A stretch of DNA of 64,000 bases from Octopus sinensis. Its lineage: Eukaryota. The notes beneath the pieces are model-generated. The model searched no databases, was not told the origin of the DNA, and saw nothing but the letters and a program-made list of their open reading frames with translations. Both the position numbers and the translations under genes were made by a program. The DNA is taken from NCBI RefSeq assembly GCF_006345805.1, contig NC_043000.1, forward strand, positions 130,944,001-131,008,000. The letters are read 5' to 3'. Shown one piece after another: positions 13,951 through 25,196 of the stretch (position 1 is its first letter; each line of letters begins with the position of its first letter).

Positions 13951-14084
13951 TGTGTGAGTAAGAGAGAGAAACATGGATGGATGAACGGTTGGAAGGAGGG
14001 ATGAATGGTTGAATGGATAGCAAGGCAGTTTGAAAGACTTTATCTTTCCATCTAAATATATACATATATGTTATATATATATAT

Positions 14085-14139
<55 letters not shown>

Positions 14140-14145
14140 GTTATA

Positions 14146-14221
<76 letters not shown>

Positions 14222-14290
14222 ATAATATATACATATATATATGTTATGTATGTATATATATTCTTATTTATATATACACACACACATATC
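13320..14290. repeat. Compound (CA)/(TA)/(GA) microsatellite region
   Basis: Read directly from the sequence. Confidence 0.9.
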
Positions 14291-14492
14291 ACACATGACA
14301 TGTATTCATACAGGTAGATAGATTTTTATATATCAATCCGCCTAGCGCTACAAACAACCAACAATCCATCCATCCATCTATACACCCATCACAAAACTTA
14401 ATTAGAAGATATGCGCCAAAGCTTATATATCTGTGTGTGTATTTGCGGGAGGTGAGTAAGTGTTTGTGGGTGTGTGCATGCTTGTGCGTACA

Positions 14493-14890
14493 TGTGTAGT
14501 AAATATCTTGCTTACGAACCACATGGTTCCGGGTTCAGTCCCACTGCGTGGCACCTTGGGCAAGTGTCTTCTACTATAGCCTCGCACCGACCAAAGCCTT
14601 GAGAGTGGATTTGGTAGGCGGAAACTGAAAGAAGCCCGTCGTATATGTATATATATATATGTATGTGTGTGTGTATATGTTTGTGTCAGTGTTTGTCCCC
14701 CACCCAACATCGCTTGACTACGGATGATGGTGTGTTTACGTCCCCGTAACTTAGCGGTTCGGCAAAAGAGACCGATAGAATAAGTACTAGGCTTACAAAG
14801 AATAAGTCCTGGGGTCGATTTGCTCAACTAAAGGCGGTGCTCCAGCTTGGCCACAGTCAAATGACTGAAACACGTAAAAGAGTAAAAGAG
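14493..14890 (+). mobile_element. Family C SINE
   Basis: Matches 7671-8113. Confidence 0.85.
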
Positions 14891-14978
14891 TGTATATACA
14901 TATATATACATATATGTATATACATATATATATATATATATATATACTCAAAATAAGCAACAAGGATATCCAAAGGTA

Positions 14979-15068
14979 ATGCACTACGATCGTTTCATGC
15001 GACTCCATTTAATTAAACAATGCAAGTATTACATCAATTTTAAAATGTAGAGCAATCTTCAGCTGCAT
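14979..15068 (-). ncRNA. Type-I hammerhead ribozyme motif (minimal, palindromic helix III)
   Basis: Minus strand ATGCAG-CTGAAGA-long helix II-GAAA-CGATCG-TA|GTGCAT; canonical core; one G.G mismatch at the base of helix I. Confidence 0.7.
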
Positions 15069-15107
15069 ATAAATATAAAGTTTAGTTAAATTGAAAAGAT
15101 TCATTTT

Positions 15108-15151
<44 letters not shown>

Positions 15152-15734
15152 TCCTGTGTTGAAACATGTTGCATTTTGGGAGGGTTGATTTGCCAATAAA
15201 ACACATCCCTTGTTTATATTTATACCAATCCAGTGCTTTTTTTTTCTTAATGAGCAAAATGATGATCATCATTTAACGAATAGGCCTAAAATTTTGGAGG
15301 AAGAAGATGGGGATCAGTCGATTATGTCAACCAAAGTACATAACTGACAATTTTATTGACCTCGGAAGGATGTAAAGCAAGGTTGGCATCTGGGAGACTT
15401 AAATTGAGAATGTAAAAAACTGAAATAAATGCTGCAAAGAATTTTCTCCGGCGCTCAAACACTTTTACTAGTTAACGTTTTGATGGTAATAATAAACGTT
15501 CTTAACTTAGGCACATAGATTGAAATTTGCTGGAAGGCTTAATTGATATTATCAGTCCATGTCCTTGACTCGTATTTTATCGTTCTCCGGAGAAAAAAAA
15601 ATTAAGAAAAAAGGTGATCTACGCGGCATTTCAGAAACGTAAAGAGCCAGAAGATATGAAACAAGGTATTTTTTTCTCTTTCTCCGATGCGGTAACGATT
15701 CTGCCCGATCCACAACTTTGATGAAAATATCAAT

Positions 15735-16075
15735 AACGATGATGATGATGATGATGATGACGATGATGATGATGATAATGATGACGACGACGACGATGAC
15801 GATGACAACGACGATGATGATGATAATTAAGACGACGACGATGACGACAACGACGACGATGACTATGACGACGACGATGACGATGATGATGATAGTGATG
15901 ACAACGACGGCGACGAGGACGACGATGATGATGATGATAATGATGATGACGACGATGACGACGACGACGATGATGATAAGGATAATGATGACGGCGACGA
16001 TGACGACGACAGTGACGACGACGATGACAATGACAACGACGATGACAATGACAACGACGATGATGATTTTGGTGG
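15735..16075. repeat. (GAT)/(GAC) trinucleotide array
   Basis: Read directly from the sequence. Confidence 0.95.
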
Positions 16076-17570
16076 TGGAGCTTTTCGTTTATATGCTTTC
16101 CTTTTTGAGGGTTTCTGTTAAGTCCTTTAACTGTTACATTTTACCAATTTAGTTCTTGTATTTCACTGCTGACCTGTTATATATCTATTCACTACTTCGA
16201 CTGTGGTCTTTTTACCACTACAAATATTACTTCTGAACTACTCAGTCCATTTAACAATTGCTCTCATTTCAGCTTCTGTTTGCTCTTCTACGTCCCTGTA
16301 AAACCTCTTACATCTGCTTTAAATATTGTTTTCCCTTTAAAATATGCTTCTTTTATCGTATTTTCTTACACTTAGGGGCTTTGGCTTGTATTTTTTTGTT
16401 TAAGTTGTTTTTTGAATGGCGATATGTCTTCTGTCCTTTTCAAAACGTATTATTTATTCCTTTTGTTTCCCGGCCTTTCTTATTTACATATTCTTCTTCT
16501 TCTTCCTACGTTTCTCCTATATCAATATTTCTCTTCCTATCAGTTCTATTTCTCTTCCTACTTTTCATTTCCATTTTCGTTTCCTGACTTGCACAGGTCT
16601 GCTTCTCCTTTTATCGATCGAACACTTTCATTCAATTACTATGTCGAAGACATAGATCAGTTGATTGAGTTCACAAAATTTGACTTAATTGTGTCGAGAT
16701 CATCGATTGCAAAGTCTTCCATCTTCTCAATTTCCTATGTTTGTTTTTATTTCTCATTTTTATCAGTGGTTCTTATTCTGCTGTTTATGTGGCTTACTTT
16801 GGCAAATGCAATTACGTCTTCCTTTATGCTTTCGATTTAGTCTTAGTTTTCTTCGAGAAACTAATCATTATCTATCCTATTGGCATTCGCTTCATGTATT
16901 TCTTTACAGTCATTTTGATTTGAGATACCATTTTGCAGAATTCCCACCAAGGATCTTTGGAGTAACATTTCCTCGAAAGGGTACTCGGAGATCAGAGGTC
17001 TCTCCAGGTCCAGCCGCTACTTCTTCGTACTGAGAGGTCACTGCTTCGGTATTACGGACATGTAACTAGAATGCCGCGGAAAGGATCACAAAATGGATTC
17101 TTCAAGCCGAACCAGCCGAGGAGACCCAGGAGTAAGCCATAAGCGGGATGTTTGGATATTATCTATAGTCTCATCTGGTCATGCTTGAGAGTCCAAAAGG
17201 AAAATTTTAATGACAGTTCCTTCTGACTGGACTCTATGGAGGATGTGACAGAAGGCTCTATTCTTACGACCCTCCCAGCATAAATAGATAGGTGCATGGA
17301 TGGATGGATGAATTTCACGCGTTTCCAATAAGTAGTTACTCTATTTCTTTTTGTGAGAGCATTAGATGAGTAACATGGACTCTTCTTTCAAGCGATTCTT
17401 CAAATATCGTATTCATATCTAGATCTTCCTGAACGATCTGTCTTATTTCATTTAGTTTTGTAAATGTTTAGAGTTTTAATGTTTACAGTTTTAATATCAC
17501 CCCTTCTTAAATTTACTAACTTATTGAGGTCTAGGTATTTATCACTATCCTTATTTCTAATTCTTCAGAA
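16075..17570 (-). pseudogene. Decayed R4/Dong-type LINE fragment (pre-RT region), interrupted by an RTE fragment
   Basis: Minus-strand remnants KYLDLNKLVNLRRGDIK and QLKQKIQAKAPKCKKYDKR; the latter aligns with EKLKQDILAKAQ of the copy at 58862. Confidence 0.6.
16950..17290 (+). pseudogene. RTE-clade LINE 3' fragment
   Basis: QPLLLRTERSLLRYYGHVTRMP...RRPRSKP...IWSCL resembles the RTE C-terminus (LRWFGHVxRM...RPRGRP). Confidence 0.75.
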
Positions 17571-17966
17571 AGTACTAAACTTGAATAAAATAATTAGTAC
17601 TCAGTTGGTTTTGATCGACTAAAACCCTTCAAAGGTGTGCCCCAGCATGGCCGCAGTTCACTGACTGAAACAAGTAAAAAAAATATAAAATCTAACACGA
17701 TTTAAAAAACAGTTACACGACAGCACACTCATATGCTTAGTATGAAGATGGGACTTGGCAACATGGCATTTACAAGAAAATCAATTGGAGAATATGAAAT
17801 CATTGAAAAGGTCAAAGAACTATGATAAAAAATAGTTTCTTAATATAACTAATAACTGAATTGTTGAATGTGTTTTCTGTCGACATGACTCTCCCAAAAT
17901 ACAACAAAATTGATCTTAACGCACGATTTCAGATCAAAATTCCAAAAAAACAAATTTTATATCTAT

Positions 17967-18010
<44 letters not shown>

Positions 18011-18439
18011 TGCAAAAAAACATGACATACATACAAATTTGCACGTGCACTAACTCCAAATATTGCACGCATACACACAAATATGCATAAATAATTTGAT
18101 GTTTAAAATTCCAATGAAGATGCCTTGAATTTTGGTTTTAAAAACCACTCTTTCTCCATTAACAAAAAAAAACAATGTAAAACTAACGATTCTACCAGCT
18201 CGCCACCTTAAAACTAAATAATACAGCCAGCTCGCCGCATTAAAACTAAATAAGAGTAAATAATATATACATACATTCATACATACATACATACATACAT
18301 GCATGCATACATACATACATGCATGCATACAAACATACACATATCCAGGCTATGAATTCATATTTATACCAATAATAATTATTATAGGTATGAATATGAA
18401 TTCATGCGGACAAAACTACATATAAAACACCATATAATA

Positions 18440-18780
18440 TCCCTGATGAAAATTGGCAGTTGACCAGTGTAACTGGAGCATTAGATTTTGATAGTAATTG
18501 CTTAAAGAAGAATCTGGATAAACTGGGAATTTCAGAAAGAAAAACTGACCGGCTGTTTCGTACATTACAAGTCCAATATGTGAGTGTAACAGTAAAAATA
18601 TGCAAGACTTTTCTCAAAATATGCAAGACTTTTCTCAAGTTCCAAATGTGAATTTGCTTGTGTTAACTGCATCCCAATGATGGAGCCTTGTATCTTTGTT
18701 GGAAACCGGCTCCCTCCTCAGTGGAAGATTCATAATAAATAAAAAATAGAAAAGACATACATGTCTACCCCTTCCGTGCA
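18440..18780 (+). pseudogene. 3' end of a further RLE-type LINE lineage
   Basis: PDENWQLTSVTGALD...LDKLGI...LQVQYVSVTVKICKTFLKF resembles RLE LINE C-termini; 21 bp tandem duplication of AAAATATGCAAGACTTTTCTC. Confidence 0.5.
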
Positions 18781-19256
18781 TCCATAAAACATAATTACAT
18801 CCGTCCATCCATTCAGCAAGCCAGCTATGATACATGCTTACATACATGCATTTGTATGTGGGTGGTTGCAAAAGCTTAGCAATCATTTGCAACCGAGTAT
18901 GAACTGGTAGGTTGTGCCATGCTTCCTGAGTTCATTTAGCTGACTGTCACCGCGCGCAGACAGGGACATTCTCTTGATCCTCCTATATTTCACTCAATGG
19001 AAAAATCGTGGATGTCACATCTGAAGGTTGGGGTTCAAATTGCCGCAATACTTAGCTGGTACTCATGCTCAGCCGAGCAAACTAGAGTAACGTGAAGAAT
19101 TCAAGGCGACTTTCAATCCAGAAAGAGCCCCAAATCCACCATTTTACAATCGTGAAACCAAAACTCTGACCACAAGTCAATGCACCTTATATATACGTAT
19201 ATTTATATATGTGTGTATGTGTTTTTATGTATATGCGTGTGTGTGTATGTATAATC

Positions 19257-19291
<35 letters not shown>

Positions 19292-19783
19292 TTCAGCAAC
19301 AATTTAGATTCAAATGAATATGGCACTTAATTTAGCTGCACCAGAATGTTTTATGGTGTTACCCATAAAAATATGCGGGGTGATTATAATAAAAAAATAA
19401 GCAACACGAATGAATCCGGATTCATTTTTGTTGCTTATTTTTATATATATATATATATACACACACACAAATAGCAAATTATACACTTATCCATCGTTTG
19501 TTATTTATTTGTTCATAATACACCTGACTGGAATCCCTACCCGTCGGGTATTCAGGAGTATACCAAATATCGTACGACCAATATAACGTACGCTTTTGAA
19601 TTAGCGCATAGGCTATTAAAATACTCATAACGGTTAAATTCTCTGCATACATAACCTGAATATTTCACTGGATGTACTTCGGTACCCATGATATTGAACT
19701 CGACAAAAGGTGCTGTTTACAAGTTGATTTGACCCCTACCTAGTGCCTATCATTTAAGTACCTGATTTACTCGAATCCTTGAT

Positions 19784-19831
<48 letters not shown>

Positions 19832-20149
19832 TGTGTGCGAATGAGTGAACAAACGAACAGGAGTAGCACTCAACACACATAGTGGAGTTGTACTTATTGA
19901 ATTACAGCTTTATTTCATGTCCATGAAACAAAGTCAACCCGTTTCTTATACGTACTTATGTATGTATGTATGTATGTATGTATGTATGTATGTATGTATG
20001 TATGTATGTATGTATGTATGTATGTATGTATGCATGCATATGTATATATGTTTGTCTGTGTGTGTCTCTGTGTATCTTTGTGTGTACTGCGTATTCGAGC
20101 TAAATGTGACAATTTGCATAAAATGAAAAGGAAGCAACATCCCATTCAA

Positions 20150-21100
20150 AAAGTAAAACTGTTTTTAAAAATCAAAAAAAGTATCAACCATATTATGAAT
20201 TCCACCTTAGCCACGAGACAGCTCCGGAACCTACTGCATCTATTCTTCACTTTCTCCTTGGAAAGACCTTTCGACATCTCCTTCATCTTGGCCACCATCT
20301 CGGTCTTGGTGCTGCAGGCAGAGCAGTTGGTGTCTTTCTCAACTGCGCCCCACACATTATAATCCGTAGAATTACAATCGGGAAAATTAGGAGGTCGGAT
20401 ATCGGGGCTGGTGACGTCACAGAAATTCTCTGACAACCACTTCTGTCACTTCCGGTGGTATGGCAAGGAGCTGACTTTTGCTGCCAGACATATGACATTC
20501 AAGCAGCAACCCGCTTCAGTCTGGGTTTAGCTACAGTTTCACATAACCGTCTAAATTTAGCCTAAGACCCTATTCAGTAATGTGGGGCGGCATAACATCC
20601 GCCTCAATAGTGACATACTCAAAGACCGTCATAGTTTGAGGAACTTGGTTTTCCTGATACGTGGAACATCAAATAGATTGTAGGCAAACCCCCGGTAGTT
20701 CTGGCTGTTGTGAAACTGATCCTGGTAGAAGTTCTTTTCATCTGACAAGAACTAAATTATCACCGGCTCAACTTCAGAATACTCTTTGCCCTTGTCAACC
20801 GATTCTCTTTGGCCTTGACAGTCAGCTTCATGGAGCCAGCTTCATGCTGGCGACTCTAACATCCATCTCTCACACCAAAAGCCGGAATCTCTTGATCACG
20901 TCTTCCATCACTTTGTCCTGAAGTTGTTGGATGAAGTCTGGCGTGCAGACGCAGTCGAAACGTTTACGTTGTACCTTGCTACTGTCCACGGCTTCATCAT
21001 CTCCATTGCAGCTGTCCATGTCACGTCTTAGAGCATTTACAGTTTTCACAGACCTTGAAGCAGCATTTTGACATCCGACGCGAATCATCATGATACAGGT
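20150..21100 (-). pseudogene. Tc1/mariner transposase relic (DD37D/maT-like)
   Basis: YVWQQKSAPCHT, RPPNFPDCNSTDYNVWGAVEKDTN and CSRFRSCL; N-terminal RFDCVCTPDFIQQLQDKVMED. Confidence 0.8.
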
Positions 21101-21289
21101 AACACTTGTGCAATATTCAGATAGCTTTCAGTCTTCCATGTCAGCTAACTTTTTTCTTAACTAAAACTTTAATCTTTATGCTCTCAAATACCGTTGATTA
21201 TTCACCAATACATCAAGTTGTTCCCTAAAAGCAAGAAGACATACAAAACCGTCAAATTTAACAAAAATATTATATATGTACGCGAAAGT

Positions 21290-21329
<40 letters not shown>

Positions 21330-21813
21330 TGTGTGTGTGTATGCGTGTGCGAGAGTATGAGTGTGTGTGTGTATACACGTATTGTTTTTATTGCTGTTGT
21401 TGTTGCTGCTGTTGTGTGAATAGACTTCTTTTCCCTTGCTTCCAGTTTTATATCGGACTTCAATCATCGTGTCGTATATAAACAGAGAAATGTTTCCATT
21501 AATGAAATTTTCTTGATAATACTAAAAATCTATTACTGGTTTATAAAAATGTCACGGGCCGAAACTTCAAGTTCATCTCCATATTGGTCGATTGAGTGTT
21601 ATATCACTTATTATTCGAAATAAAACTTGTTATTTCTGTTTTACAATTCACATCGTCATCTCTTAATAAAATTTACAGACTATCTGAATTTTACAATGCA
21701 AATATTATTAAAGTTTCTCCAAGCAAATTATAAGTAAGATGTAGAACTAGACTGACTCTCCAGATCTAAAAATAAAACTCAGCTTGAAATATATGTGTCT
21801 GTGTGTGTGTATG

Positions 21814-21866
<53 letters not shown>

Positions 21867-21884
21867 GTATGTATATATATATAT

Positions 21885-21978
21885 AGTTAATCCAAACAAG
21901 AAAACACAGAAAAAATCACAGCAACGCGAGGACGTGGAACAATTAAAGTATTATTTGACGCTCAGGAAAGAAGGGAAG
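21885..21978 (-). mobile_element. Truncated copy of the 22833-23045 element (3' body only)
   Basis: GTTAATCCAAACAAGAAA...GGACGTGGAACAA...GACGCTCAGGAAAGAAGG is shared with 22833-22925; flanked by (TA)n. Confidence 0.75.
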
Positions 21979-22026
<48 letters not shown>

Positions 22027-22071
22027 TTGCATTTCTAAATCTCTTAGAGACACATATACAGTAGCAGTACG

Positions 22072-22531
22072 ATAAAGTGATGGTTTGTTGCCAACTTAAT
22101 GTGACAGTCCCAGGAGAGGGAAAAATGCTACTGCTATTTAGCCCCAGGAAATACCGTTTCCAGTTGGGTATGTGGCACAAGCGTTCTGTGTCCTTACGTT
22201 TACAAACAGGGGAGATTTATAAACGCTATATTTCTAATTTTATAGATCAGTGAATTTATTTCACTTGAAATTCTATAAGTTTTCAAAGACGAATAAGCAT
22301 CGACATCTAACAAGCCAAGCTACTCCAGACTAATGAAGAGCAATGACTCTGAAACTAGTCTCTGAGTGCTGGCTTTGCTGGGTGGAGGTGCTTATCTTCC
22401 CTGTTTGAAAACTTGAGGACACAGAACGCTTGTGTCGCATAGTCAGCTGGAAATGGTGTTTCCTGGGGCTAAATAGCAGTAGCATCCTTCACTTTCCTGG
22501 GACTGCCACATTACGTTGGCAACAAAACATC

Positions 22532-22538
<7 letters not shown>
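22072..22538 (+). mobile_element. Inverted-arm element (about 145 bp arms) with a hammerhead-like motif in the spacer
   Basis: 22072-22216 is the reverse complement of 22394-22538; motif at 22326-22364. Confidence 0.8.
22326..22364 (+). ncRNA. Minimal hammerhead-like motif (G5A variant)
   Basis: CAGA-CTAATGA-AGAG-CAATGA-CTCT-GAAA-CTAG-TC|TCTG. Confidence 0.6.
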
Positions 22539-22584
<46 letters not shown>

Positions 22585-22717
22585 GATGCTGTGAATAAAA
22601 TGTCGTCTAAATCACGTAAAAATGAAAATAACATTGACATCTCATTTTAACAAATATATTTAAATATATGTGTCTTTGTGAGAGGAGATAAACAAAGACA
22701 CACGCACACACACGCAC

Positions 22718-22759
<42 letters not shown>

Positions 22760-22766
22760 TATATAT

Positions 22767-22827
<61 letters not shown>

Positions 22828-22832
22828 TATAT

Positions 22833-23045
22833 AGTTAATCCAAACAAGAAAGCACAAAAAAACACAACAATGCGAGGACGTGGAACAAATATAGTATTAT
22901 TGGACGCTCAGGAAAGAAGGAAAGAAGGAGGGTTTAACGTTTCGAGCGGAGCTCTTCGTCGGAAACATAGGAGAAGGAAAGATCCAGAGAAGGGAAGACA
23001 GAGGGAAAAAAATCGCCAACGGTACACACGAGGTCACATTTTGAA
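22833..23045 (-). mobile_element. Penelope-type short element with a hammerhead-like motif (22932-22966, U4C variant)
   Basis: Minus strand GTTT-CCGACGA-A-GAGC-TCC-GCTC-GAAA-CG-TT|AAAC; flanked by (TA)n. Confidence 0.6.
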
Positions 23046-23056
23046 AAAAAAAAAAA

Positions 23057-23088
<32 letters not shown>

Positions 23089-23379
23089 GTATATATATAG
23101 ATAGAGGACGCGCTTCTTTCAATTTCTGTCAACCAAATCTTTTGCAAGGCTTTGATTGGCCGGAGCCTATAGTAGAAGACGTTTGCGCACACTAGCACTG
23201 ACCACTTCCCAGCACCAACACCATCATCCACACACCCACACATTACAGACGAGCACACACGCACGCATACACACCAGCCCCTATCTACACGCATACACTT
23301 ACTCTCACATACACACACACGCACGCACCTTCGTTTTAAGATCACCAGTACTTTATTATCTCTCCTTCTTCCCAACTTT

Positions 23380-23600
23380 CCTGTCCAACTACCTTTGTCC
23401 AACCAGTCACCATGATTAACCGCTAAATCCACAAGTTTTTATATTCTCTCCGTTTATTTCCTTGTGTTCCTTTCTGTTGAAGAGCGTAGGCTCGAAACGT
23501 AAAAGACTTTCACACCTTCATGAGCGTCAAACTAATACACCTGCTTGTTGTTCATACACCTGTCTTCATCTTTTGTTTTTCTGTAAATTTCAACTATAAA
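23380..23600 (+). mobile_element. Penelope-type short element with a hammerhead-like motif (23470-23505, A6U variant)
   Basis: CTTT-CTGTTGA-A-GAGC-GTAG-GCTC-GAAA-CG-TA|AAAG; homologous to 10977-11230. Confidence 0.6.
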
Positions 23601-23852
23601 TGTATGTATGTATGTATGTATGCATGCATGCACATACATATGTGTCCGCGCGTGCGTGTAAAATATTAGCACATTATGAATAAAGGCAAGAATGGCAGGT
23701 GTTTTGTAGCTTATTTGATAACGTAGTCATCAGACAGGCCGTTAATAAGTGTTTTAGATATAGTTTTCATCTCTAATAGATGCTAATAACGCCTAATACC
23801 ATTAATATTGAATTCGTAATGTCTGGTTTATGTACCTGTGCTCACCTGTGCG

Positions 23853-23912
<60 letters not shown>

Positions 23913-24224
23913 TGTGTGTGTGTGTGTATGTATGTGTGTATGTAAATATAGATATGTGTGTGTGTGTGTGATACTTGTGTCTAAGGATGTGCAACAAACT
24001 AACGGTATATTGAACATTATTATATATAATCTCTAATAATATTCTTTAATATGATTTATATTTAAAAAAGCCCTTACCAATTAATTATATGAAAACACGT
24101 GTGCGTGTTTGTGTGTGTGCGCGCACTTGTGAGTGCGTTCGCACATGTGTATGTATCTGTGTGTATATGTATGTCTATATACATATATTCACATGTATCT
24201 ATACACACCACGCGCATACATACT

Positions 24225-24280
<56 letters not shown>

Positions 24281-24285
<5 letters not shown>

Positions 24286-24798
24286 ATAAGATCGTTATTT
24301 AAATATCGATACTATCAAGTGGCCAGCATGGGAAAAAGACCTTCAAAGGTAATAATTGTTATTAAAATTATAATTTAGGGTATCTAAGAGATACGGCCAC
24401 GCTGGAAATAGCAGCCAAAACTTGACTCTAAAACTACATTAAGTGTTCATACAGCACCAGGAGAGAAGGCAAAAGACAAAATAACTAGCAAAAAATTATT
24501 GGATAATTCCAGATCCCGGATTTCTGACTTTGTATATGTGAGTATTCATATGTTATATGTATATATATATATGTGTATTTATGTTACTTTCTGCGTATAT
24601 TCCACTGAAGAGACAAAGCATTTCTTATGCAAAGTCAGAAATCCGGGATCTGGAATTATCCAGTAATTTTTTTGCTAGTTTATTTTGTCTTTGTGTCTTC
24701 TCTCCTGGTGCTGTATGAACATTTAATGTGGTTTTAGAGTCAGATTTTGGTTGCTATTTCCAGCATGGCGATATCTCTTAGATACCCTAAATTATAAT

Positions 24799-24799
<1 letters not shown>
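24281..24799 (+). mobile_element. Hammerhead-bearing non-coding element with an inverted 5' arm, between (TA)n tracts
   Basis: 24366-24532 is the reverse complement of 24630-24799; the left arm extends to 24281, as shown by homology to 8773-8880. Confidence 0.85.
24599..24656 (+). ncRNA. Type-I hammerhead ribozyme motif
   Basis: ATTCCA-CTGAAGA-GAC-AAA-GCAT-TTCTT-ATGC-AAA-GTC-A-GAAA-TCCGGGA-TC|TGGAAT; canonical core, 6 bp helix I. Confidence 0.8.
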
Positions 24800-24877
<78 letters not shown>

Positions 24878-25051
24878 TATGATTGGTACAAGGCACCAAT
24901 ACTTACTGGAAATAGCAGTCGATACAAATACGACGCTATTGTAAAACTTCACTGCGTATATACTGGCAAAGACGTGTGAGTGCAACAAACATGAAACATT
25001 TGTCTTACCTCTAGGAAGAACATTTGATAAATGGACAACATAGAAACGAAT

Positions 25052-25124
25052 AATGCAGGACCGGTTTCCGACTCTTCATATACGTTTGTCAACTTAAATA
25101 TGATCAGTCTTCATCAGCTGCATT
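25052..25124 (-). ncRNA. Type-I hammerhead ribozyme motif (newt-type GAAACCGGUC)
   Basis: Minus strand AATGCAG-CTGATGA-A-GACT..TCATAT..ATATGA..AGTC-G-GAAA-CCGG-TC|CTGCATT; 7 bp helix I. Confidence 0.85.
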
Positions 25125-25131
25125 TATCTAG

Positions 25132-25196
<65 letters not shown>

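Noticed and set aside
18680-18732. Minus-strand CTGAGGA followed by a GGAGCC/GGCTCC stem
   Set aside because: No GAAA or NUH follows; it is probably part of a LINE 3' UTR.
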